Assembly: GCA_963746255.1 (NCBI GenBank)
Contig: CAVVAJ010000001.1
Coordinates: 70,039 to 134,038, forward strand
Direction: 5' to 3'
From: an uncultured Chloroflexia bacterium
Lineage (GTDB): Bacteria; Chloroflexota; Anaerolineae; Anaerolineales; UBA4823
DNA: 64,000 nucleotides
Shown: piece after piece, positions 30,500-40,000 of the stretch
Layout: each line of letters opens with the position of its first letter
Position numbering within the stretch: the first letter of the stretch is position 1
The notes under the pieces: generated by a model
Database searches by the model: none
Told to the model about the DNA's origin: nothing
What the model saw: only the letters and a program-made list of their open reading frames with translations
Made by a program: the position numbers and the translations under genes

Positions 30500-33085
30500 T
30501 TATTCATAATGCAAGGCTTCCAGAATGCGCGTCCGGGCAGCTCGAAGAGCTGGTGAAATCGCAGCGAGCTGGGAAACGATCAGTGCCATTACCAGACTGA
30601 CGGCAACACCATCGGAAGGAATAGTAAAGGTCAGCCTATAGCCCGACATGGTCGTCATACCAATAAAGAGGATGCGAGCCAAAATAACACCGGTAGCGAT
30701 CCCCAAAACACCGCCGATCACCCCCATTAAGCCCGATTCCGCCAGAACCATGCGGACAATTTGACCTCGTGAGGTACCAATAGCACGCAGCATACCAATC
30801 TCCTGGGTGCGTTCAATAACACTCATCGTCAGGGTATTGATAACACCTAACGATCCCACCACAATTGAAATCAAAGCCATGACATCGAACATACGAAAAG
30901 CCTGATCCATCAAACTTAAGGCTTGATTGCGAATGGTTGTATTTGACTCCAATGTGAGATGATAGCGATCCCCATACAAAGTTTCGATATCATTCTGTAC
31001 TTGTGAAATTGTCGCCCCGGGTTGAATCTTAACCAGCAGGGTACTGGCGTCATCAATCCGAAAATGCCGCCACATGGTATTCCAATCACCCTGGACTACC
31101 AAGCCCTGATTATAGAAATCCACCACAACCCCAGCAATTGTGAAATCGGCTAGACCACGGCGAGTTTTCAGTCTGATCGATTGGCCCGGTGAAAGATCAT
31201 ATTTCTCAGCCAACACACTGGAGATAAAAACCGTATGTTCATCTTTAAGTTGCTCCATGGCCCGTTGAGGGTCTACCTGCTCCCCACTGAAGATAAAACT
31301 GGTCACACGGGAGTATTGTTCAATATCAACCGCCATAAATTGTAATTTTTCGCGTTCATCGTCCGGCGTTTGCCAATCAACCTCGAAATAACGCAGCGGG
31401 CTCACAGCATAGACACCATCAAACACGCGGATGCGCCTCTCGATATCGCTACGCAAGCGGATCGAAGATGTAACGTAGATATCGCCCCCCAAAAAGGCGC
31501 TGATCCAGGTTTGTAAGTCGGAAGAAAAGGAAGCTGTCATGCCACGCACCATGATGATCATAGCGACCCCCACCATCAGCGCAGCAACTGTCAACGTGGT
31601 ACGCAGCTTTGAGCGCTGCACATTGCGACTGCCCAAAGCACCGCTGGACCCGTAAACCCGCTTGAGAATTGGGCGGGCAATCCGCTCCCAAATTCCCACT
31701 GTCACTGGAATCATTAGCGTTACACCGGTAAACAGTCCAAAAACCGTCATACTACCCAATCGAAATTGAACATCATACGGAAACGGGTTAATCAATAATA
31801 GGATCAAGGAAGCTGCTAACAAAATCAATCCTACTGTCCAACCAAACCGGATGAACCAACCTTCTTTAGATTTTCCGCGCACCCGCAGCGCCTCGATAGC
31901 CGAGATTCGTCCCGCCTGCCAAGCTGGGATACCCGCGGCTAAGAACGTCACCCCCACGCCGATCAACATACTAAAGATGATATCATCAGCCGAAACCCGC
32001 ACATTGCCCAGGTTTTGGTTTAAAAATATTTCCATGAAACGCGTTAACCCTTGCGCCATCAGGATGCCTAATCCAACCCCCAGCCCCGAACCGACTACAC
32101 CTAGCAAAGTGGCTTCAATAAATACCTGCCCCGTGACTTGTTGCCGGGACATGCCAATGGTGCGCAGCAAACCGAATTCGCGCGTGCGTTCAATTACTGT
32201 CATCGCAAAGGCATTGTAGATCAGGAAAGCACCAACAAATAGCGCAATTCCACTCATAAAATTGAGGCCTATCTGGTAATTTTGCAGCATTTGTGTCATG
32301 CGTTCTCCCTGACCGGAGGGATAGGTCACTGAGTAGTCTTCCCCCAAACTATTCTGGAACGCTAAACGCAGTGCTGCAAGCTCATCGGTGTCGGGATTAA
32401 GGGCAGCAGGCACAATATCAATCTGATCAATCTCGTCCCCTCGATCAAAGATTTGTTGTGCAAGTTCGAATGGGATGACCCCAAAAGAGCCATTATTGGT
32501 TTGACCGGGGCCTTCCCTCGCAATCAATCCGACCACCTTGAGTTTTTCAACACCATTGGGGGTCAGGAAACCAATACGGTCACCAACACTGATTTTTTCA
32601 TCTTCCGCCAAATTCTCAACTAACACGATTTCTCGGATGGAAAGATCATCCGAAAGGAAGCTGCCAGCCGTTAAGTTGTAATCACGTGTTTGGGTTTCTA
32701 AAGAGGGGATAATACCGTGTAGAACAATTCCACCTCCGCTGGTGCCAAAGAAACTCATCTCAATCCCTCCGGATGGCTGGCTGTCAGCCAGATCCGTTTG
32801 GGCAATCACATACGGGTTGGCGACCATCACGCCAGGTACTTTTTGCACCTTCGATAAAACCTGATCAGAGAGGCCACCTTCATCCAAGCTGGAAGATGTG
32901 ATGGTTAATTTCGCCCGGCCAGAGGTGCTCTCGAATAGTTCCACAATGGATATCAGGGCAGTTTGATTGGTTGCCCGGATGGAGAGTAATCCGGCTACGC
33001 CCAGAATGATGCCAAAGGCACTCAGGATGAAGCGTGTTGAGCGGGCCCGTATTGAACGAAAAGTAAGTAACCGAGTTAAACGCAT
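30500..33085 (-). CDS. ABC transporter permease with two FtsX-type domains (MacB-like).
   Basis: 861-aa intact ORF. Its start lies 1 nt after the ATPase stop. Confidence 0.85.
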   Translation of the reverse strand: MRLTRLLTFRSIRARSTRFILSAFGIILGVAGLLSIRATNQTALISIVELFESTSGRAKLTITSSSLDEGGLSDQVLSKVQKVPGVMVANPYVIAQTDLADSQPSGGIEMSFFGTSGGGIVLHGIIPSLETQTRDYNLTAGSFLSDDLSIREIVLVENLAEDEKISVGDRIGFLTPNGVEKLKVVGLIAREGPGQTNNGSFGVIPFELAQQIFDRGDEIDQIDIVPAALNPDTDELAALRLAFQNSLGEDYSVTYPSGQGERMTQMLQNYQIGLNFMSGIALFVGAFLIYNAFAMTVIERTREFGLLRTIGMSRQQVTGQVFIEATLLGVVGSGLGVGLGILMAQGLTRFMEIFLNQNLGNVRVSADDIIFSMLIGVGVTFLAAGIPAWQAGRISAIEALRVRGKSKEGWFIRFGWTVGLILLAASLILLLINPFPYDVQFRLGSMTVFGLFTGVTLMIPVTVGIWERIARPILKRVYGSSGALGSRNVQRSKLRTTLTVAALMVGVAMIIMVRGMTASFSSDLQTWISAFLGGDIYVTSSIRLRSDIERRIRVFDGVYAVSPLRYFEVDWQTPDDEREKLQFMAVDIEQYSRVTSFIFSGEQVDPQRAMEQLKDEHTVFISSVLAEKYDLSPGQSIRLKTRRGLADFTIAGVVVDFYNQGLVVQGDWNTMWRHFRIDDASTLLVKIQPGATISQVQNDIETLYGDRYHLTLESNTTIRNQALSLMDQAFRMFDVMALISIVVGSLGVINTLTMSVIERTQEIGMLRAIGTSRGQIVRMVLAESGLMGVIGGVLGIATGVILARILFIGMTTMSGYRLTFTIPSDGVAVSLVMALIVSQLAAISPALRAARTRILEALHYE

Positions 33086-33086
33086 C

Positions 33087-33836
33087 TCAGGTTTCTAATT
33101 TTTCCATGGTGGCCATAATGCCGCGCAGCCTTTCGGTGAAAGGCATCTCGGGGTCGGGTTCGAATTCGTGTACGATATCTCCATCGCGTAAAAATATCAC
33201 CCGGTCTGCATATGCAGTTGCCTTGGGATCGTGCGAAACAACGATCACCGTTTGGCCTAAATCATCACAAGAACGGCGCAACAAATCCATAATGGCGGTA
33301 CCCGTCTTCGTATCCAGGTTACCGGTGGGCTCATCCGCCAGCAAAATAGCCGGTTGCGTGATCAGGGCACGAGCAATGGCAACGCGTTGCTGCTCACCGC
33401 CTGAGAGTTGATCGGGCTTATGGGAGCGGCGCTCTACTAGACCAACGAGTTCTAAGAGATTGGTCAGTTGTTCTTCATATTTACGAGGATCCTGACCATC
33501 AATAATCACTGGCAAAAGGATATTTTCCTCAGCAGAGAGCGTAGGCAAAAGATTGAAAAATTGAAAGACAAATCCAACGTTGTGGCGGCGCACCAGCGTA
33601 GCTTGACGTTCAGATAATTCTGCCAGGGGTTCGCCGGCTAAGATAACATTACCGTCCGTAGGTGAATCCAGGCCACCTAATAAATGTAATAGGGTTGATT
33701 TTCCACTCCCCGATGGCCCCATGATGGCAACAAACTCTCCCTTTGCAACCTGGAAATTGACCCCAATTAGCGCGCTAACGTGATGCTCCCCCAATTGATA
33801 CTCTTTCCGCAGTTTAAGCGCTTCTAAAACATTCAT
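33087..33836 (-). CDS. ABC transporter ATP-binding protein (MacB/LolD type).
   Basis: Walker A GPSGSGKST, signature LSGGEQQR, Walker B ILLADEPT. Confidence 0.9.
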   Translation of the reverse strand: MNVLEALKLRKEYQLGEHHVSALIGVNFQVAKGEFVAIMGPSGSGKSTLLHLLGGLDSPTDGNVILAGEPLAELSERQATLVRRHNVGFVFQFFNLLPTLSAEENILLPVIIDGQDPRKYEEQLTNLLELVGLVERRSHKPDQLSGGEQQRVAIARALITQPAILLADEPTGNLDTKTGTAIMDLLRRSCDDLGQTVIVVSHDPKATAYADRVIFLRDGDIVHEFEPDPEMPFTERLRGIMATMEKLET

Positions 33837-33837
33837 A

Positions 33838-36210
33838 TTATTGCTCCTGGGATTCTACGTGCTCATGAATCAACACTTCACCCTTATGCCCATTAACTGT
33901 AACGATTGTATTATCTTGCAAACGGGTGGCCCCTGGCACCGAAACAACTGCAGGGATATTATATTCTCGGGCGATTATCGAACTATGAGAAAGCATTCCG
34001 CCTGACTCTGCAACCACCGCACCTGCCCGGGCGAATAGGGGTGTCCATCCTACTTCGGAGTAGGGGATAACAAGCACATCACCCTTTCGAACCTTATTGA
34101 AATCACGGATACCACGCACCACAGTAATTTTTCCAGTGTAATGCCCAATAGATGTTGGCACCCCAAGCATCTTCTCCAGAGATGCATCTTCAACCGGTGG
34201 TGGTTCATCTCCATAGATCACAGTTGGCAAGCTAATATTGCGGAAACGTTCAATATCTTCTTTGTGCTGGGTAATCACGCTACGAGTATCCGGGGCAGGT
34301 TGTGAACCTTTGACCAACTGTCTTATCTGATCATCTCGCAAATAATAAATGTCGGTTGGATCATCGATCAATCCCCGGCGTGTAAAATGCGAGCCCAGTG
34401 CCAGGTAATAATAGCGGAACAGCCCATAACCATAAGTATAGGCTGCGCCAATGCGCTCGCGCAACAAATGAAATTCGCGAGCACGCTGATAAAAAAGCAT
34501 GAATCTCCATCGGGAAATCCCGGTCAAGTTTAGATCTGCTAAACGGATTTTCGTACTTAAATCTTCAGATGATGGCGTGAAATTTACGATCAAATCCAGA
34601 ACCATATCCGGTGTTTCCCGCCAGGGAACGGTAGAAAAATCATTGCCATTATCGCTCAAATGGCCAAATTTGTTTAGAAAATTGCGAACTTGTTCCTGGA
34701 ATTCAGCAATACTCCGTAATTCGATAAACGCTGGGTAAGAGCAAGTCCGGATTGCATCCTGAGTGGCCGGTTCAATCAGGAGAAATTGTTCATGCAGGCG
34801 ATGCAGATGAAACGTGGGATCATATTCCAGAAGCTCCGTAACATCTGCCATTAAATCGAATTTGGAGAATTCCACGCCCTGGTTGGCCAACTGCCGTTTA
34901 AGAACCTGATTGTACATCGCCATCAAGAGCGGTCCAACGATATTGTAATATGCAGCCTCCTGGACAGCCTCAAAAAGACGCTCAATTTCCCTGAGCAACT
35001 CATCTTCCGGCAAGTTTTTAGCATTTTGATAATCGAATTCAAGAAAGCTCTGTTCAATTTGAGGCAGGGCTTTCCACATTTGTTTGGAAAAACGCCACTT
35101 TTCAAAAAAGAAGTTCGACATACGTGGCAAACGAAAAAATGTTTTCGGTGTGGGCTTCATCGATGGTTTCTTGACATTATCAGGGAAAAGCCCCATTAAC
35201 GTTTCTACTGAGTCCGCTGGAAATCCGACCTCTTCAAAGATCTGCCCCAGGGTCCCCATATTGAAATAAACGCGATAATAAAATGCCCTGGCCAAATCTT
35301 CCGGCTGCACCCTGGTATTTCCCAACATTTCGGTCAATAACCGCACCCACATGGAGCAAACCAGCGGAATATTTATCGAACCGATTAATGGCTTGATCAG
35401 GCCCGGAACCATCTCTTTGGAGATATGATTTGAGTAAATATTATGTTGATTAAGAGTAGTAATCTCGCGCACCTGCAGCCAATAAATCTGATGGCCATCA
35501 TAAACCCACTCCAAATCAACGTGTGATTTTAGTTTCCGGGAAATCAGGCGGGTTTCGGTAACAATCTGGTCAATTACACTCAACGGAATTTGATTTTCCC
35601 TGGGCTGCAAAATCCAGTTTTCCCACTTGTTGATCCAGCGCATGGGATTGACCCCCGATTGCACAAGCGCCTCCCCCGACCCTTCCACTGCTTCTACGAC
35701 GACCTCATCAGCACCTGTAACCGGATTACGACTCAAGGATACACCCGCAAAGACAGGCCGAACCATATCCTGGATGATCACTCCCATAGAAAGATCATCT
35801 GAAGCGATACCATGTTTTTCGAGATACGAAATAACTCGATCTGACTGTGCTGTCCCCCAAATCGACCAGATGGCCTGAAAGACTTCATTCACTCCCTGGA
35901 CATCTAAAACTGACTTAAATTGTCCTGCAAAGGAACGATCCATACTATCCTCGATATTGGCCGATGAACGGATCGCATAAGTAGTATCCGGGTTCAAAAA
36001 TTGAGAAAGTTCGAGACTCAATTCTTCGACTAATTCCGTGTCATCCTGTAAATAGCGCCGATAAGCATTCCAAGAGACTACATAAGTTTTAGGAATACGC
36101 ATCCCCATCTTGGATAGGCGGCGCAAGTTGTGCGCTTTATTACCGATATCAGCAGGCGTTTTTCGACTTTCTAAATCAACCAAGTATCTCATCGGATTTA
36201 TTGTCAACAA
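33838..36210 (-). CDS. PEP-utilising enzyme family protein (PEP synthase / rifampicin-phosphotransferase-like: N-terminal ATP-grasp, C-terminal mobile His domain).
   Basis: GNKAHNLRRL near the N-terminus. C-terminal GDVLVIPYSEVGWTPLFARAGAVVAESGGMLSHSSIIAREYNIPAV. Confidence 0.8.
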   Translation of the reverse strand: MLTINPMRYLVDLESRKTPADIGNKAHNLRRLSKMGMRIPKTYVVSWNAYRRYLQDDTELVEELSLELSQFLNPDTTYAIRSSANIEDSMDRSFAGQFKSVLDVQGVNEVFQAIWSIWGTAQSDRVISYLEKHGIASDDLSMGVIIQDMVRPVFAGVSLSRNPVTGADEVVVEAVEGSGEALVQSGVNPMRWINKWENWILQPRENQIPLSVIDQIVTETRLISRKLKSHVDLEWVYDGHQIYWLQVREITTLNQHNIYSNHISKEMVPGLIKPLIGSINIPLVCSMWVRLLTEMLGNTRVQPEDLARAFYYRVYFNMGTLGQIFEEVGFPADSVETLMGLFPDNVKKPSMKPTPKTFFRLPRMSNFFFEKWRFSKQMWKALPQIEQSFLEFDYQNAKNLPEDELLREIERLFEAVQEAAYYNIVGPLLMAMYNQVLKRQLANQGVEFSKFDLMADVTELLEYDPTFHLHRLHEQFLLIEPATQDAIRTCSYPAFIELRSIAEFQEQVRNFLNKFGHLSDNGNDFSTVPWRETPDMVLDLIVNFTPSSEDLSTKIRLADLNLTGISRWRFMLFYQRAREFHLLRERIGAAYTYGYGLFRYYYLALGSHFTRRGLIDDPTDIYYLRDDQIRQLVKGSQPAPDTRSVITQHKEDIERFRNISLPTVIYGDEPPPVEDASLEKMLGVPTSIGHYTGKITVVRGIRDFNKVRKGDVLVIPYSEVGWTPLFARAGAVVAESGGMLSHSSIIAREYNIPAVVSVPGATRLQDNTIVTVNGHKGEVLIHEHVESQEQ

Positions 36211-36212
36211 AC

Positions 36213-36936
36213 TTATTTGATTTCTACCCGGAAAAATTTTGCAATCTTGATCATGCCGCGCCCCATTGGGTTAGATTTTAGAGAACCCATGCCAAATTCC
36301 AGATATTTCCCTTCTTGCTCATATTTTTGCGCCATTCTGATTTCTGGAATTATCGCCAGGACAAAGAATATATTCAGTGCCAGGGCATATAAGATATAAG
36401 TCCAATCTCCACCAGACCGCCACCAGAACCAGGGGATCAGCAACCAGATCCATGACACACTGGCAACAATCATATTCCGAAAAAATACCATCCCCAACAG
36501 CAACCCTGCGATCGGGCAAACCAATACGGCCAGCCAATCAATGGCCAGCAAGCCGCCCATAATGGCAGAGAATCCTGAACCACCATGAAATCGATAGTAA
36601 ATCGGCCAGACATGCCCAATCAATCCTCCAACAGCAGCAAGCAGCGCATACGCTGGCTGCTGTGGAAAGAGCAACTTCAGCAATAGAGTTGGCAAGAAAA
36701 CTTTAAGGATATCCAAAACCCCGACAGTCATACCAGCTTTAGGTCCCAAAACCGAGCTAACGGAATTTCCACCGATCGATAAAACTTTGTAACTTTCTTC
36801 CGTTCCATCAATAGAAATTTCAAAGTCAGTTACATCTTTGTCACGGGTCCACCAACGAGTAACCAAACGCGCAAAAAGAAATGGAACCAAGCAGATAAGA
36901 AATGAACAATATTAAAATAATAAACCCGATATCCAT
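36213..36936 (-). CDS. Divergent PlsY-family (glycerol-3-phosphate acyltransferase-like) membrane protein. A 1-nt indel in the A5/T5 run at 36873-36877 separates the ATG and RBS from the body.
   Basis: MDIGFIILILFISYLLGSIS(F)ARLV... and GHVWPIYYRFHGGSGFSA parallel E. coli PlsY YLCGSISSAILVCRL and GHIWPVFFGFKGGKGVAT. RBS ggaga before the ATG at 36936. Confidence 0.7.
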
Positions 36937-37682
36937 ATGCGTCTCCAAATTCTAAAGCATTGTAATCTCGCTGGGGTTATTTTTTGAGTGACTTATCTGA
37001 TAAGTTGTTTAGCTTTACGGAAAGCTTTCATATTTCATCAATTTTGGGTGATTAAATCTTATTATTTATATTTAGTGTGGATGGATCGCACGTCTATTTC
37101 GTTATATTCCTATCGATTATGGGGAAATGTCCAGCAGATCGTTTCATCAATAATATGGTTATCAACCCGTTGGACCGCCTGCAGCAAAAACCAAAAAAAA
37201 CAAACAATAATTGCAATTACCTCAAGCGGTACAATGCTACAGGTATGGCCATCTTCGACATTGATATGCACTAGCTTGGCCTTGCGTGCGCTCATTTTAC
37301 CAGATGTATCTCAGCCTACTTATGGCGTCAATTCTTATTTCCCTATAGCAATAATTTTTTGTCAGATGTGGGTATTATTTCGTTGGTCGTTGTACCCAGA
37401 TTAAATGACGCCCCGCTCAAAACAACCATGCTATGCGTAGCGCTGTTTGGTTTAATCAGGTATACTAAATACGAGCTAACCCTGCAACCATAAAAGCTTC
37501 TCATCGTGGTAGAAATGATTTGGGGATCACTCTAGAAGATTTCCGCAATGCTATCGGCTTTATTGTTGGAACGTTGCTACATCCATAAAATAAGTAGTAA
37601 CCATCTATAACCTGCAGCGAGCACAAATGCTCAGGCTAATTATGCGAATGACCAGGTCATTAGCGTAAAAGGAGATAATGAA

Positions 37683-38489
37683 ATGACAGTCGAAGGTGCC
37701 ACAAAAGTCAGTTCAACAAGCGAAATGGATCGCAATTACAGGGGGCTGCGGCGCTTCAATCTCATCATGGGATTCCTGCACCTAATCCAGGGTGTTTTCA
37801 TGATCCTGGTCAGCAATGACACCACATACCCCATCTTTACCAATTACCTGAACTTCGATCCTGCCACCCGCTCGTTGATACCGAACTCACAACTATTCTA
37901 TGAACTACCTTTTGGCCCGGCGGTGGCGATGTTCTTGCTCATCTCCGCCGTGGCACACTTCTATCTGGCAACTATTGGCTATGGTCGCTATGTGGAAAAC
38001 TTGAAGAAAGGCATGAATCCAGTCCGCTTTTATGAATATGCTCTCAGCTCTTCGCTGATGATTGTGCTGATTGGCATGCTGATTGGGCTTTGGGATCTGG
38101 GAGCCATCATCCTGATCTTCACGCTCAATGCCACGATGAATCTATTTGGCATTATGATGGAGTTGCATAACCAACACACCCAAAAGGTAAACTGGACAGC
38201 ATTCATTTACGGCTGTATTGCCGGGTTCGTCCCGTGGGTGGTCATCATGCTGTACTTTGTGGGTGCGGTTAACTCCGGCGATGCCAAGCCACCAGATTTT
38301 GTGTACGCCATTGTTCCGACACTGTTTGTTTTCTTCAACATTTTCGCGATCAACATGGTTTTGCAATACAAAAAAGTGGGCCCTTGGAAGGATTACCTGT
38401 TTGGCGAACGTGTCTACATTATTCTGAGCCTTTCAGCCAAATCCGTTCTGTGTTGGCTGATCTGGACTGGTACGCTCGCACCAGTCTAA
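37683..38489 (+). CDS. Heliorhodopsin.
   Basis: Collinear with heliorhodopsin 48C12. GFLHLIQG (His23 context), SAVAHFYLA (His80), RFYEYALSSSLMIVLIG (Glu107 counterion), GERVYIILSLSAKSVLCWLIWTGTLAPV (retinal Lys). Confidence 0.9.
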   Translation: MTVEGATKVSSTSEMDRNYRGLRRFNLIMGFLHLIQGVFMILVSNDTTYPIFTNYLNFDPATRSLIPNSQLFYELPFGPAVAMFLLISAVAHFYLATIGYGRYVENLKKGMNPVRFYEYALSSSLMIVLIGMLIGLWDLGAIILIFTLNATMNLFGIMMELHNQHTQKVNWTAFIYGCIAGFVPWVVIMLYFVGAVNSGDAKPPDFVYAIVPTLFVFFNIFAINMVLQYKKVGPWKDYLFGERVYIILSLSAKSVLCWLIWTGTLAPV

Positions 38490-38514
38490 GGCAAGAAGCA
38501 GTCAAACGTGGAAC

Positions 38515-38685
38515 CCAGACGGGTCTGAACCAATTATCCTTCGCATTTCCAGCAGGCAGCCATCCATCATCTATTGGAGGGTTGCCTGCTTGTTTTTTTT
38601 CACCTTCTCAATCACTCAACTCCGGAATTACGTCTCCCACGCAGACTGTCAATCGTGATTATGTGGATCAAGGTGGATCAGGAAC
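38515..38685. repeat. Copy 1 of a ~170-bp direct repeat (terminator hairpin plus the junction into a truncated glycosyltransferase).
   Basis: Aligns with 40933..41103. Confidence 0.8.
38551..38600 (+). terminator. Rho-independent terminator of the heliorhodopsin gene.
   Basis: Stem agcaggcagcc / ggttgcctgct followed by tgtttttttt. Confidence 0.8.
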
Positions 38686-38950
38686 AACTCATTCGGCACT
38701 AAAATATGGTTGTCCAACAATGATTATTCCCCATATAATTGACCAGTTTGTGTGGAGTAAAAATACTTCTGATATAGGCGTGGGACCTCACGGAGTAAAA
38801 GTGGGTAAAATCACCACTAAAAATCTTGAACCCAAAATTCTCGAATTAATGAATAATATTTCCTTCAAAAAGAAGGCAGAGCAGATGGCAACCGTAATAG
38901 AAAAGGAATATTTTTGCGAAGAAATTTATAAAGCAATAATTGAAGAATAA
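38650..38950 (+). pseudogene. 3' fragment of a GT1/MGT-family glycosyltransferase.
   Basis: DQGGSGTTHSALKYGCPTMIIPHIIDQFVWS... (the HHGGxGT...DQ C-terminal signature). No N-terminal domain. Confidence 0.7.
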
Positions 38951-38955
38951 GAGCC

Positions 38956-39087
38956 GGCAAACAAAGCGTGCACTGGACGCTGGGGATTCTACGGCACTTA
39001 CGATAAGCATTTTTCTGGCTTTGAGTTTTTTCTGCTCCCAAAAAATAGTTCCACCCGCCCCAGCGCCAGTAACACAAATCGTTGGGC
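38956..39087 (+). mobile_element. attC-like recombination site (132 nt).
   Basis: Starts 6 nt after the stop codon. Ends are GGCAAAC...GTTGGGC. Arm GCGTGCACTGGACGCTGGGG pairs with CCCCAGCGCCAGTAACAC, leaving unpaired bases on the 5' arm. Confidence 0.6.
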
Positions 39088-39173
39088 GGCTAAGTTTCAA
39101 CTAGCGTTTAACGCCATTATCCACTTACCGCATCGAAATGCTGTGCAATGGTTGATTTTTCAGCAGGATCGAC

Positions 39174-39776
39174 ATGAGAGAACGTCCACAGCCGAAGGTA
39201 TGGACGAAAAGAACGTACAACGGCCTCGCCAAATACTACGATTTGTTCATGAGGGTCTCTTTCCCTATTGGGGAAAAGGGAATAGAGAGAATTGTTGAGC
39301 GATTGAGCTCCGGTTCGGTACTGGATGTTGCTTGTGGTACAGGGACGCTTCTGAACTTGGCACACAAAAAGGGTTTGGAATGCAATGGTATCGACAATTC
39401 TCAAGGGATGCTCAACCAAGCGAGAGACAAGGTACCGAGTGCTGAATTGATCAGGGCAAGTTACTGCGAAATACCATATCAGGATGGACGGTTTGACTAT
39501 GTTGTGGCAACCAATGCTCTAAGCGGGACCTGCATAGATGCGACACGTGTGATCTCAGAGATGACAAGAGTGTGTAAGAGCGGTGGTGGAATCTTCATAG
39601 CGGAGTGGCCCAAAGCGGTGACAGAAACCTTGATAGAACGACTTATGGTGTGGCTGGCAAGTCTGAGCGAAGATGCTCCCAAGGATTACCAGGCGATTTT
39701 CGCAGGATTGGGATACGAGCCAGAAGTAGAGGTTCTTAGCAAAAGGTACAGCATTTTCGGAATAGAGAAGCAGTAG
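39174..39776 (+). CDS. Class I SAM-dependent methyltransferase.
   Basis: VLDVACGTGTLLNLA motif I. Methyltransf_11-like. Confidence 0.8.
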   Translation: MRERPQPKVWTKRTYNGLAKYYDLFMRVSFPIGEKGIERIVERLSSGSVLDVACGTGTLLNLAHKKGLECNGIDNSQGMLNQARDKVPSAELIRASYCEIPYQDGRFDYVVATNALSGTCIDATRVISEMTRVCKSGGGIFIAEWPKAVTETLIERLMVWLASLSEDAPKDYQAIFAGLGYEPEVEVLSKRYSIFGIEKQ

Positions 39777-39821
39777 GACTGAGATAGTGGTCAAATAGTC
39801 CGTATTTGCTCAAACATGGCT

Positions 39822-39945
39822 GCCCAACACAGCGTGCAGCGGATGGTGGAGAGGTTGGCGAGCAATCGTGCTCTCTGCGCCCCGGTCGGATTGGGGCGCA
39901 GCGGCTTCCCTGTCCACCCACCGCCGCTAATGAAAGCCGTTGAGC
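39822..39945 (+). mobile_element. attC-like recombination site (124 nt).
   Basis: GCCCAAC...GTTGAGC termini. The 5' arm AGCGTGCAGCGGATGGTGGA pairs imperfectly with TCCACCCACCGCCGCTAAT. Confidence 0.55.
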
Positions 39946-40000
39946 GGAATACTTAATGGGTAATACCAATTTTTGACCATCATTATATTGGGAGAAGATT

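Noticed and set aside
36988-37404. The 138-aa ORF in the AT-rich spacer between the PlsY-like operon and the heliorhodopsin gene.
   Set aside because: It has no RBS, an implausible composition (Ile/Ser/Tyr/Trp-rich) and overlapping ORFs in other frames. The region is more likely divergent promoter DNA.
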